From NCBI GenBank assembly GCA_001662655.1, contig KV460206.1: a stretch of DNA of 64,000 bases. One strand, 5' to 3'. Under the pieces are notes generated by a model. That model worked only from the letters and a program-made list of their open reading frames with translations, had not been told where the DNA came from and ran no database searches. The DNA is from Pseudogymnoascus verrucosus. Taxonomy: Eukaryota. Positions 35,904 through 49,547 of this stretch are shown here, piece by piece (positions within the stretch are counted from its first letter, which is position 1; every line of letters begins with the position of its first letter). The position numbers and the translations under genes are program-made.

Positions 35904-38900
35904 ATGGTCTCATACTCGTCACTCCCTGGGGAAGCCGGCACTATCCTGATTTTTGGATCTCAAATTCTCGACTTCGATGGAGAGTCGGCTATTCAGCTCA
36001 GATCTCGCATCTTAGAAACTCCCAAACTTCATTGGTGTCTGGAGACCATTCTTGAGTTACCGGAGCATTGGAAAACGATCGCAAAAGCGGTTCCGGGTCT
36101 AGAAGGATTCCCAGGCCTGAAGTACTTGGAGGGATTCGGCCACTGGCTCAAGGAAGGGAGATTTCCCGGAGAATCCTTCCCTCTACCCAATATTCTGCTC
36201 ACCCCTCTTGTTGTTATAACCCACCTTGCGCAGTATTCGGCATTTATCGAGACTCTTCTGTCTCAAAGCGAAGATGGAGGAAACTGGGCAGCGCTGCTGA
36301 ATCACAAATTTGAGACTCTGGGATTATGCACTGGCCTTCTGAGTGCAGCAGCTGTTTCAAGCTCTGTAAATCAAGCGCAGCTCCAGAAGCATGGAGCGGT
36401 GGCAATACGGATGGCGATGGCAATCGGGGCATTTGTGGATATGAAAGATGCCGAGGAAGGTCCCAAAGGGAGATGGAAATCATTCTCCGTTAGATGGGCC
36501 TCAATGGAGGCAGGCGAGCAGATGTCGAGAATATTGAAAGAATACTTTCCAGAGGTACGGCGGCACACAAACTAAATTGGCTCGGCCGCGTTCTGGCTCA
36601 ACTGATGTGATCCAGGCATATATCTCAGTAGTTGTGGAAGACAAAAGAGCGACCATATCAACCCCAAGCACCACTGTCGCTCCACTCCTCGAGCATCTGA
36701 AAGATGCCGGCCTGGCTGTAGCTGAAATTTCTCTCTCTGGCGGCTTTCACTTCGAAGGAAATCGCGAAGATGCCGAAGCACTTGGTCGAATGTTCGATTC
36801 GAGTCCCGCATTTACACTTCCCGCCGCTCTGGAGATGGTATTACCTTCTTTTTCAAACACGGGTGGAGGTCACATCAACACTGGAAAGCTGCACCAAGTT
36901 TTGACCCGATCCATGCTCGTGGAGCAATCCGACTGGCAGCAAGCATTCGCATCGCTCCAGTCTCACACTTTAACGCATAAGAACCTTGTAGTATGTTTTG
37001 GAAGTGAGCGTTGTGTCCCGGCAGGTCTAGCACGAAAACTTGGCCCTCGTCTGATTCACATCGCTGACCTTGATTTGCATCATGAATCAGCCCAGCTGTC
37101 TGCATCCTCATTCGACTGGAGAAAGATTTTGAGTGATAAGGACAGTCTGGGATCAGACGAGGCAGTTGCTGTAGTTGGGATGTCTTGCCAGTTGCCTGGG
37201 GCTGCAGACCTGGAAGAATTCTGGGCTGCCCTTTGTGCGGCAAAGTCGCAACACACGGAAGTCCCAGCAGATCGATTTGATTTCCAGACTACCTGGCGAG
37301 ATCTGGACACCAAGAGAAAGTGGTACGGCAACTTCATCGACGACCACGATGCATTCGATCACAAGTTCTTCAAGAGGAGCCCGAGAGAAATGTCGTCCAC
37401 GGATCCCCAGCATCGGCTGATGCTCCAGGCGGCATATCAGGCGGTCGAGCAGTCCGGGTACTTCAATATGAGGTCCAAGGACCAAGACAGGCACGTTGGG
37501 TGCTATATCGGGGTCGGCCTGGTGGACTACGAGAACAACATTGCGTGTTATCCGCCAACGGCGTATGCGGCGACAGGCAATCTGAAGAGTTTTGCAGCGG
37601 GCAAGATCAGCCATTATTTCGGATGGACGGGGCCAGGGTTGAGTAAGCAGATCTTCTCTTTTCTTGACGTTGTTGCGTTGCGTTTCGTTGCATTACGACT
37701 CATTTCATTCTCATCGATTCCATGCTCCGTGGTAGGAAATTTCTAGGAGGGAGGAGGAGAGGAGAGGAGAGGAGTTCCCTTGGCAAGCCGTGGTATGTGA
37801 TCGCTTGCTTAGGTAATCATCGTGACCCCTCCCTGTTTCTCACATCTCATCTCATCTCATCTCATCTCATCTTCTCTTCTCTTCTTTCTCGCCTCACTCT
37901 AGTCCAGCTCCCACGTCGTTGTCTCTGTTATTGTCTCTAACGCCCTACCTCTTCTCCTGCTCCTCTCTACCTCTTCTCCTGCCCCTCTCTACCTCTTCTC
38001 CTGCCCCTCTCTACCTCTTCTCTCATCTGTCGTCTATCAATTCTCCCAAACGCATGTCTTGACTCGTTGTCTCTGTCTCTTCTCCTGTCTCTTCACTATC
38101 GATCAACTTGCTAATCGCATCGCATCGTAGCTATCGACACCGCATGCTCGTCGTCAGCCGTGGCTATTCATCAAGCATGCAGAGCCATTTTGACGGGCGA
38201 GTGCTCTGCGGCCCTGGCTGGCGGGGTCAACGTGATGACAAGCCCGGAATGGTTTCAGAACCTCGCGGGAGCCTCATTTCTCAGCCCGACGGGCCAATGC
38301 AAGCCGTTCGACGCCGAGGCTGATGGGTATTGTAAGTTGCTATTCTGATTTGAGGAGGTCTAATGTTCCTGTGTGTTTTTCCTATCCTAGTGTGATTTCG
38401 TACGGCGTGCTGGCGCAGGAATCCTTCGATCATGTTATACGACTACAGTACATTATGGCCATAATACCCATCGATACAATGCAGCCAGCTGTCGAACGAG
38501 ATACATCGCTAACCTTGTGCTTCATAGGCCGCGGTGAGGCTGTTGGTGCCGTCTTCTTGAAGAAATTGTCAGATGCTATCGCGGACGGCAACCAGGTGCT
38601 GGGCGTCATTGGCGCCACGGGCGTTTATCAGAACCAAAACTGTACGGCCATTACAGTACCCAACGCCATCTCTCTCTCACAGCTGTTTCGCAATGTGACG
38701 GGCCGGGCAGGGCTTCAGCCGCAGCAGATCTCCCTTGTGGAATGCCACGGCACCGGAACCCAAGTGGGAGACCCAGCCGAGTATGACAGTGTTCGCCAGG
38801 TATTTGGTGGTGCAGCTACAGGTCGCACCGACACCCTTTCACTGGGCTCAGTCAAGGGTCTTTTGGGCCACTCGGAGTCCGCCTCTGGAGTAGTGGCATT

Positions 38901-41900
38901 GATCAAGACGCTCTTGGTCATCGCCAAAGGAGCCATCCCACCGCAAGCCAGTTTCCACAACATCAATCCCGCAGTAAACCCGCTCCTAACAGACAAAATT
39001 GACATTGCAACAGAGCTGAAACCATGGGAACCACCGTTTCGAGCAGCCCTAATCAACAACTATGGCGCATCGGGTTCCAATGCCTCACTGGTAGTAACTC
39101 AGGCGCCTTCCTCTATGGAATTCTCTAGGGTGGCTGTACAGTCCTCCGCTGCCGAATATCCATTCTGGCTCTGCGGGTTCGATGATCAAAGCCTACGGCG
39201 ATATGCTACGAGATTTCTGGAGCTTCTCGAGTCAAAAACAATATGCGGCAATGAACTCAGCCTTGCCAATCTGTCTTTCCAGGTGTATCGACAGTCCAAT
39301 CGATCCCTTGGTCAAGCCTTGCTGTTCAGCAGCCGCTCCATACAGGACTTAAAGGACAAATTGAGGGAGATTGGGACAGGAGACAGAGGCGTATCCACAA
39401 TGTCGCGCCCATTATCAACTAGTCCTGTCATCCTTTGCTTTGGGGGCCAAATATCCAGATCAGTTGGCCTCGACCAAGAGGTTTATGGTCACGTTAAGAT
39501 CCTTCAAAAGCATCTCGATCACTGTAATGAAATCTGCATCTCATTAGGACAGGAAAGTATCTATCCAGATATTTTTCAGAAAGCTCCAATCACGGACATC
39601 GTCAAACTGCAAACCATGCTATTCGCTCTTCAGTATTCTTGCGCAAATGCTTGGATCGACAGCGGAGTGCAGGTTGCAGCCGTCGTCGGACACAGCTTTG
39701 GCGAGCTTACTGCCATGTGTGTTTCAGGTGTTTTGACCCTAAAAGACACGGTGAAGATGATTGCTGGTCGAGCACGCCTCATCCAAGACCAATGGGGCAC
39801 TGATAAAGGAGCAATGATGGCAGTCGAGGCCAATCTTGAAGAAGTGGAAAAGCTTCTATCTGATACAAAAGAGGCATACCCAGAAGAGTCTGTTGCAACC
39901 ATTGCATGTAAGTGCAGATTTTTCTGGAAAGTCATTCGGAATTTTATTTTCTTCCCTGAGCCTAAGACAATTTGCCTCGGAAAGCTGTACTCTTTGGTAT
40001 CGCTCAGATGCTCAGAAAAGTAGTAAACTGACTCTAAATGTCTGATCAACAGGTTTCAACAGTCCTCGAAGCTTCACACTTGCAGGTTCATCCAAGTCGA
40101 TTGGCAATGTCCTAGACATCGGGAAGGGGAAAAAATTCTCGGTTATTAAGATGAAACGGCTCAATGTCACTAACGCCTTCCATTGTCGACTCGTCGATCC
40201 TTTGCTATCAGATTTGCAGAAGTTAGCGGAGCATATCGTTTTTCATGAACCCAAGATTCCACTTGAGCGGGCGACGAAAGATGATGCACCTCCTAATTTG
40301 AGCTCTACATTCGTAGCATCGCACCTGCGCGATCCCGTCTACTTCAATCATGCCATTCAAAGACTATCGACTAAGTATCCTTCAGCGATTTTTCTTGAAG
40401 CTGGTTCCAACTCGACCATCACGAATATGGCAAATCGAGCTTTGTCATCTTTGAAAGGATTCCACTTTCAGCCCGTCAACATCACCACCGACGGCGCGGT
40501 TCAGTTGCTATCAGATGCCACCCTGGCACTATGGAAAGAAGGGCTGGATATATCATTCTGTAAGTTTCATGTTCTAGGAAGAATACTTGCTCTTTTAGCG
40601 TCCTCCTGGATTGCTTGCTCCGACGTGCACGTCAAATTCCACATGTAGTCCTTGAATGCTTCAAATCAGTGAACTAACTTCAATTTTTTTTCTCCGATAG
40701 GGGCACATCACTCTATCCAAATGCCAGATTACCCACCTATTTTCCTTCCACCCTATCAATTTGAGAAGTCGAGGCACTGGATGGAATTGAAGAAACCAAG
40801 GAAAGTGATGAGTGAATTGCTGCCAGGACTTGCTGAAGCCAACAAAGCGCCACCTGCCCTCTGGACATACATGGGATATCAGGGTTCAACGCAAAATAGG
40901 GTCCGGTTTCGAATAAACACGACCAACGACAAATATCAGCGCTACGTCTCCGCCCATGTGATTGCACAGACTGCCCCGATATGCCCCAGCACATTTCAGC
41001 TTGTCATTGCCATAGATGCACTGATGAGCTTGGTGGTAGACGATGCGAAGACTTCCAAATTGTCGCCAGAACTCCACGGAATGGATAGCCATACGCCTAT
41101 GGTCATAAACGACAGCAAATTCGTCTGGCTTGATGCAGAAAGGCATCATAGTGATCCTCTCATCTGGGACTGGAAAATTGCCACTTCCGACTCAGCTGTG
41201 GGCTCATCAGATGAAACTCTTCACGTCTCTGGAAGAATCGCCTTCCGGAATGTGGCCGATGCTGATTTTAAGGCCGATTTTGCCCGGTATGAACGCCTCA
41301 TTGGCAGAAGGCGGTGTCTCGACCTCTTGGACGGCCATCAAGCAAATGGGGTGATTCAAGGGCCCCGAAACATCTACAAGGCATTTTCAGACATTGTGCA
41401 ATACAATCATGAAGTTTACAAAGGGCTTGAGAAGATTTCTGGGACAGAGTCAGAGTCGGCGGGCCGTATTAGGAAGCAACACCTAGGAGAAACATGGCTG
41501 GACTTAGGCCTAGCCGACTCGTTTTGTCAAGTTGCTGGCATATTCTTGAACAGCATGACTGATCATTCAGACAACGAAATGTACATCTCGGACAGGATCG
41601 ATCACTGGACGCGATCTCCACTAGTGACCACTCTTTCACAGCCAAAAATGTGGGAAGTTTTTGCCTGTCATCAACGCCCCTCGGAGAAAGAGTACATCAG
41701 TGATGTTTTTGCCTTCGATCCAAGCAATGGTCAATTGGTAGAAGTGATTCTTGGAATTCACTATGTGCGTGTCTCCAAGGCCGGAATGGGAAAGCTCTTG
41801 TCAAGATTATCTCTTGAATCGAAAGATAACCATACACCATATTTACCGGCGCAGGTAGAGATTCCAAAAGTAAACGGCATAGTAAATGGATTTCATCAGA

Positions 41901-44830
41901 AACAGCCAGATCTTGCCTTTCAGCCCGCCCCAACGGAGTACAAGTTATCCCAAACAACCCCGCCAGTCCAGGATATAGAGGGTCCTACACGAAACATGCT
42001 ATGCAATCTTTCAGGCCTTGAGCCAGAGGCAGTCAAGATCGACTCAGACCTCGTGGACCTTGGAATTGATTCTCTGATGGGCATGGAACTGGCTCGAGAA
42101 GTCGAGGGCATGTTTAAAATCACTTTGGAAATATCCGATCTCCTGGACCTAACCGACTTTCAAAGTCTGATTGACTGCATCAAATCCACCCTTGGCATGC
42201 CAGTCGGCGGGGTGTCAGATAATTGTGAGGAAATACTGATGGCCGAGACAAAATCCGAAGCCACTTTAGTAACACCAAAAGTCAACGGTGCGAAAATGGG
42301 GCCAGCAGCTAATGGGGCTCATTCCTACACAAACGGGGACACGCCTTCTTCGGAATCACGAATTCCTGCAACAGTGGTCCTGGACATATTCTCAGAAACG
42401 AAACAAGCGACGGACGATTTCATTGAAGAAAATGGATTTTCTAGCTATGTACATCACGTACTGCCCAAGTCGACTGAAATGTGCGTTGTTTACATTCTAG
42501 ATGCCTTCGAAATATTAGGGTGCTCTCTGCGTACTGCCCAGCCAGGCCAGATCGTTGACCGGATTCAGCATCTCCCGTTTCATGAGCAATGCGTCGATAC
42601 GTTCTACGATATTTTGGAAACCGCACGACTCGTTGACTTGGATGGCCCCAACATAGTCCGAACAGCTATTGCAACCCCAAAGAAATCCGCACAAACATTG
42701 TTGGAAGAGCTTCTCCGCGACTCACCCATTCACGGTTATGACCACAAGCTCACCGCTATAGCTGGCAGAAAGCTTGCAGAAACCTTGACCGGGAAAGTCG
42801 ATGGGGTGCAGCTCATTTTCGGTGATCCAGACACAAAAGAGGTGGTCTCCGGAATGTATGGCAAATCTCCTATCAACGTGACATGGATCAAACTAATGGA
42901 AGATTTCCTAACTCGATTCCTGCTCCGTGTTCCGAAGCAAGAAGGCCCGATCAAGATATTAGAGATGGGGGCAGGCACTGGAGGCACCACGGCAAGACTC
43001 GTTCCACTCCTTGCCAGTTTAGGCGTGCCCTTCGAGTATACAATAACCGACTTATCTGCATCTCTTGTTGCTGCTGCTCGAAAGCGCTTTAAGCAATACC
43101 CATTCGTGAAATTCAAGGTACTCGACATTGAGCAGCAACCAACGGGAGACTTTGTACACAGTCAGCATCTTGTGATTGCTACAAACTGTGTTCACGCCAC
43201 GCATAGCTTAGCGACATCTACAAAGAACATCCATACTCTTTTGCGTCCGGATGGTCTACTCATGATGCTTGAGATGACCAAGACGCTGCCATGGATTGAC
43301 TTGGTGTTTGGCTTGCTCGAGGGATGGTGGCTATTTGATGATGGCCGTAAGCATGCTCTTGCGCCTCCAGAGATCTGGGAAGAGACTTTGCAATCGGTTG
43401 GGTATGGTTATGTCGATTGGACTGATGGGCATCTCCCTGAGACCGCAATTCAGCGTATCATCATTGCCCTTGCGTCTGGGCCAAGATATGAACGGGTACT
43501 TACGCCCCCCAAACTCCTTCCAAGCAATACAACTGACTGTGATGCCCGTCAAGTTGTAGTCGATTCATTCGTCGAGAAGTATAGCCAAGAGTTCATCTCG
43601 CAAGGCGCTTTGAATACAATCGAGGGCAGGAACGACAGGGTTGATACATGTGTACTTGTTACTGGAGCGACAGGAAGTTTGGGTTCCCACCTTGTTGCAT
43701 ATTTTGCCAGCCAGCCCAATATCAAAACAGTAATCTGTCTGAACCGGCCGAAGGGAATTGGGCGTGTACCCCGGCAGCAGCTGGCTCTAGAGTCAAGAGG
43801 CCTCTTCCTCAACTCGAGTGAATTATTAAAGCTCAAAGTACTTGAATGCGATACATCCAAATCAAGACTGGGCCTTGCCAACGACGAATACACGGACCTG
43901 GTGAACTCAGTGACGAATATTGTCCATAATGCATGGCCGATGAGTATCACGCGCCCGGTCAAAGCATTTGAATCCCAGTTCAAAGCCATGCGGAACCTAC
44001 TCAATCTTGCCCAAGAATGCTCTGATAAGCATCTTCCTAAGGGACACAGGTTTGGGTTCCAGTTCATCTCATCGATTGCGACAGTTGGTTGCCATCCTTT
44101 CGTCAGCGGGGAGACACTCGTACCAGAGGAGAGAATGACAGTGGAATCAGCGATGCCAACAGGATATGGGGACGCCAAACTGATCTGTGAGAGGTTGCTG
44201 GATGAAACTTTGCACAAATGCCCTTCAAGATTTCGGCCTATGGTTGTACGAATTGCGCAGATTGCTGGATCAAAGACAAGCGGCCACTGGAATCCAGTAG
44301 AGCATCTTGCTTTCGTCATTAAATCGTGTAAGACTCTAAAAGCTATTCCTGACTTGAGTGGGGTTTGTATTTCTTCTGGGCTTTTGAGGTCTATCCTAAT
44401 AGGGCTATAGGATCTATCATGGTATCCTGTGAACGACGTTGCAGCCACCTTAGGAGAACTTCTCCTCGGGGATGTGACACCCTATCCAATCTACCACATT
44501 GAGAATCCAGAGCGCCAGTCGTGGAGTGAGATGATTGAGGTGCTAGTTGAACTTCTGAATATCCCACGCGCCAACATTATCACATTCGAAGCATGGCTCG
44601 ACCGGGTTCGGCAATTCCCTCCAAGCTCCGCAGATACTGAAAATCCAGCTGCCAGATTGGTTGAGTTCCTCGAAGCACATTTTGTGCGCATGTCTTGTGG
44701 TCACTTGATTCTTGATACAGCTCATAGCAGGCAGCATTCGGAGACGCTTAGGAATTCAGCGCTAGTAGGGAGAGAGCTAGTAGCAAAGTATGTGCAGGCT
44801 TGGAAGGAGATAGGGTTCTTGCATGATTGA
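35904..44830 (+). CDS. Non-reducing PKS, SAT-KS-AT-PT-ACP-cMT-R (AfoE/AzaA/PksCT-type, aldehyde-releasing), 6 introns
   Basis: [69 protein letters not shown]. c[32 protein letters not shown]. Introns at about 36555-36615, 37643-38130, 38332-38527, 39908-40052, 40560-40700 and 44363-44410. Confidence 0.96.
37843..38022. repeat. Intronic simple repeats: (CTCAT)n and a 22-bp unit x3+
   Basis: catctcatctcat run, and ctacctcttctcctgc(t/c)cctct repeated from 37945. Confidence 0.9.
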
Positions 44831-44979
44831 AATGGGATATCAGGTTTGAATAGAAGAACGTCATCTTACGGAAAGCCAATTTCAATTACATGTGAAATAA
44901 CATGACGCTTCTCAATCTGATAGAATATCAAGAAGCCCCTTTTCACCCTGAAGTTGAGCCGCCTGTGCGGGTGTCAGCT

Positions 44980-46560
44980 ACCCTCTATCTTACTAGGCCC
45001 TTATAAAATTTCTATAATCTAAGCCTATAATAGGAATAGAGGTTAATATAAAGATAAGATATATAGTTGCATATTAGCCTAATATTCACTTCTTTAGGTA
45101 AGATATATAAGGTTAATTCCCTAAACTTACATTATATATATATACCTAATTTCCTATCTAGTAATCTTATAGTTTAAAGATAACAGCCTTACTACCTATA
45201 AGTTGTCCTTTTCTATAGATAAATAGACATTAGATATAGTGTAAAGAACTAACTTTATTAATCTCTATATAGATCACTTTAGCTATAGCTAGGCCTTAGT
45301 ATAATTTATAAAATTCTTAGATAAATAGCACTCTCCCTAAGTTAACCTACTATTATAGACAGATCCTACTACTAAAATAGATTAGAAGTTAGTTATAGAA
45401 AACATAGATGCACCTAACTGTCTTAGAGTACTTCATTACTAACAAACTATAGGCCTTAGAGCTAGTAAAGACATCTTACTTCCCTAGTAGTATCATTTAG
45501 GTCCTACTACTTAAGCTACTTAATTAGAATGCATTAAGGAATCTATTTTAGACAAGACTACATACATAGCTTACTTCCTAGCGTTAGGGAAGTTGTAGCG
45601 TGTGTAATCTTCTATAAGTCCTTAGATGCCTTTAATACTTGTTCTTAAAGTATGTATAATAACATTAGTAGAATCTCCTATACTTCTTTAAGTTCCTAGA
45701 TCCGCTTTACTTCTTCTTCATAAAGGGCTTTTATCTTAGTTAGCAGTTCTATATTCTCTCCTTTAATTCCTATCATCTTAATCTCTTAAGCCTCTCTTAT
45801 AGCCACTTCTACGTTAAATCTCCTATACTACTCTTTAGAGCTAAGTTAAAAGGCAATTATATTACTAGAAGGACGTTCTCTACTCTTCTCTAGTGCGTTA
45901 AAAGCTATGCTTGTTATAACAAGTGGCATTTCCTATTTGTAATTTACGGCGCCTTCTACTAGCACAGCCTTAAAATATACTCCTACTCTACTACATAGGT
46001 CGATATAGGCCTTAGTTAAGTGCTTGCTTGGTTGTTGATTAAACAGTGCCGCCTTTCTAGCTGTTAAGATACTCTATTAATACAGGTCCTCTGGTTTTGT
46101 TATGAGCTTGACATTAGTTAGGAGAATAGCAAGCCTAAGTTAGGAGTCTGTTAAACAAGATAACGTTACGAGCTTAATATATTCCAAGTACACCCACGGA
46201 TGTGATTGGCCAACTTCTCCCTCCACTCAGTTCGCCACTTAGCCCTTTCCTAGTTGCTCGTTTCACCTGCTAGCATAAGTTAGTGCCATTTTATATTTGC
46301 ATAGCCGTAGGTGGCTTCCCCACGCGTGGTGGCACTTTGTAGCAGAAAATTGAGGTGGGACCATCGTTATCACCAGTACCATCAGGTGGTAGCTAGCAGA
46401 TCGCTGCTATCCTCGTTATCTCAAGATAGCGGGTATACTAGCGCTAGAGATTAAGACTACAGAAAGCTAAATAAAAAATTATACTGCAAGGCACAAGAAC
46501 AAAACTCCTAAACTCAACAGCCTTTAGTTATGGAGATGCATCATACTATCTCTAAGACTC
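44980..46560. mobile_element. AT-rich, RIP-degenerated repeat relic at the right edge of the PKS cluster
   Basis: About 1.5 kb with strong TA enrichment and no ORF of 60 aa or more in the track; family unknown. Confidence 0.65.
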
Positions 46561-46928
46561 TGGGCTAGTTCGGAAAGTGTAGCCCGCTTTTTCTTTTGCC
46601 TCTGCGACTCTGCTGCAATACAAAGCAGGCCCTGATTCGAGAGTTCCAAACAGTCGTCGGGGAAAATAAGTCCGACACGTCAGAGACAATATGAGATCCT
46701 CGAATATTTCTTTTTGTCCAGCGGGTCGTGAGGCGGAAGGCGTTCGCAGCAGGTCACCAAGCCCTAACCAAGTGACGGAGCGGCTAAGGCGCTAAATGAA
46801 AGTCGTAAGTGTTGTTCTGAGAACTTCAACTTTGCCAGGACATATCACATGGAAGGATACATGACTAAGGCCAAATTTAAGGTCTAAAGCTGTGCTCTAG
46901 CTAGCATAGTGTGAATCCAGCCTCCCTT

Positions 46929-48559
46929 TCAGAGAAGATACTTGAAATGTAATCCTCTGTCCCCTTCTTTGCCATTTTCCGTCGCTCCATCTGCAATAAG
47001 TTTCTCCTTCTTCATATTGCGGCTTCGCAGCACTAAATAGATGGCTCCTACTCCAAGCAGAGCAATACACTCACAGGCCAGCGATATAGAGTTTCCGATA
47101 ATGTATCTAGGTGCATCCGTAGCAGGATAAATGTTTGATGATAGGACACCGGAGACATTGGCAACAGACACGAAGATTGGGATACTGACGGATCGCTTAT
47201 AGTCCGGGGCCAAATTGATAGAGATCCAAGTCAAAACAAGGCAATTGAAGACGTAGATACCTTATACATGGTTTATGTCAGTAGCTATTATAATGGAAAA
47301 TCGCGTCCAAGAGTATCGACAAACGTACCAGAAGCAACAAGGAACATGGCAAAGTAGCCGGCAGCAATATTAGCAGTTCCAATTACTATAGCGTACCCTA
47401 TTATGACTGGAATTGGAACGACTGCCAACAAGGTCACCCGTGTGTTCAGACGATCTGAGAGGAATGACAAGACACCGACGGCAATGGTCGCCACAGCATA
47501 TACCGGAATGGTAAGGTAGTTGGCCTGAATAGAGGTGTACCTGAGGGCCGCCATGTTAGCGGATATCTCAACCACTGTAAACGAGAATGTAATCACCCGA
47601 GGCCCTTAATAATGGTGGGCAAGAATGTGCCAAAGCCGAGTAGACAGATTGAGTTGGCGAAGAGGGTAATACCGGCCAAATAGACTAATGGGTCAGTCAC
47701 AGCCATTGTAACATAGCTCCATGAAAAGGTGTCGCTGCCCTTATACATGAAGTCGCGCTGTTTCCTTGCGCGCATGACCTCCTTCTCTTCAGCTGTGAGA
47801 AACCATGCCTCCTCAGCGTTTTTAGGCATGCTCGCCCAGCTGGCTGTGCAGATCACAATGGAAACGATACCCTCAATAATAAAGAGCCATCGCCAAGCAG
47901 ACAGACCAAGGCGGGCGCCCATTGACTGGATTCCATGAGCAATCAGGCCTCCAAATGCTCCGGAGACGGTGGTTGCAATGTAAAGAATGGCAACTCGCTT
48001 TGCTTGATGTTCTTGGGACCAGATGGTCGAGATGACAAAAATCAAGGATGGGAGGAGACCAGCTTCAAAGATTCCGAGGAGGAGCCGAACTGCGACTGCT
48101 TGTGCGTATCTTTGGATGAATCCGGTACCAAGGGTAGTGACACCCCATCCGGTGAGAGCAACAGCAAGGGTTTTGTCTGCGCCGAACCGCTTGGTGGCAA
48201 CAACCCAGAATACGTCAAAGACGATATACGTAGGGTAGAATACAGTGGATACGATGTTGAACTGGTTTCCAGACAGGCCAGCACCAGCTTCGAATCCAAA
48301 GACCTTTGCATTTCCTGTGAATGAATGAGCCTTACACTCTGCACCTTGTACCATGTATAAGGAGTCACTTACCAATGTTGGAACGATCAAGGTATGCGAT
48401 CATAACAAGGATGGCAATCTGGGGGAGCAGGAACTTGTCAAACTTGGCCAAGGCCCGCTTCTCGATGACAGGATCCACAAAGATGGTAATATCGACATCC
48501 GAATTCTTGATATTAGAAACCTGTGAAGATATCTCGGTACGAGAGGAAGCTTTCTCCAT
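46929..48559 (-). CDS. MFS transporter, anion:cation symporter (Dal5/Tna1 allantoate-nicotinate-like) family, 3 introns
   Basis: AYLDRSNIGNAK, FYPTYIVF, RLLLGIFEAG, AWRWLFIIEG, DAPRY. Confidence 0.9.
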
Positions 48560-49547
48560 GTTGGTGTTTAGGAATACAATTTGTAAGCATGTCTTGAAGG
48601 AATAGACTTTATTCTAAATCTTTACCTGGGATTATGAAGTACGACACAGGGCAGAGGGACACTTTATGTGAGTAGATCCCACGCGAATGGGGCCAAAGGT
48701 AATATTTTGATATCGGCCTGTTCAGTCGGAACGCGGGAGTTGCTTATCTGTGGAGTTGAAGACTTTCCCGAGACCCACTACCCCGGATTTCTCATACGGG
48801 AAATGAACTGCACGTGTCCGAAACGATATCTCCTGATTCTAGCCGATTGAGGGGTATACGGGCAGGCCATGCAGACACTCTTACTGGAAGAGGTCAGTAT
48901 CTTATCTTTTGATTCGTCGTGTTGTGCGAGCTTTGACTGGTTCGACTGACAGATGATCCACGATTCTGGGGAAAGTACGCCCCGCCCGCCATTGCCATCC
49001 CAGCAAGTCCGAGCCGCATCTCCGAAAGTCCGCATCTGTGCCACAACTCCGAGACGCCAACCAGGATCTCCATGCAACCTTATAGAATGAGGCAGCGGAG
49101 ACGAGGTTTCTTGAAAACTAACATTGCTCGTTGGCACAGCAATAATAGGTGACCTTCTGCGGTTACAATGCCAGCTCACAGTGTTCCAGGTATCAACCTC
49201 GCAGTCTGTTTGAGCGTTCACAACCTAAGGACTTTACCCAGAGACTGTCAATCCAGCAACATAGACAGGTAGGACGACAGTCCCTGGTGCGTGAGATCGC
49301 GAGCAAAAGCTGATCATGGAGAACCTTTGTAAAATTTCATCGTGGATCTACTAAAATAAAGGTCGTGATTATTACTGCATAGTATTCTGGAGGCGTGTCA
49401 CCATTGTAGGCAATCATTAACAAAGAATATCTGTGCGAAATGGGCATCCAAACCAAACTTGATCTAATTATTACGACTTACTACTTCTTGAAGATGCTCA
49501 CTGAATGTTAAATCTACATACACAACTCCTTGACCCACGGACTCCGT

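Noticed and set aside
43549..44448. 299-aa minus-strand ORF
   Set aside because: Antisense to the NR-PKS R domain; no independent motifs.
12681..44830. Fragmented ORFs suggesting pseudogenised PKS, P450 or FMO genes
   Set aside because: Each break is explained by a GT-AG intron that restores the frame.
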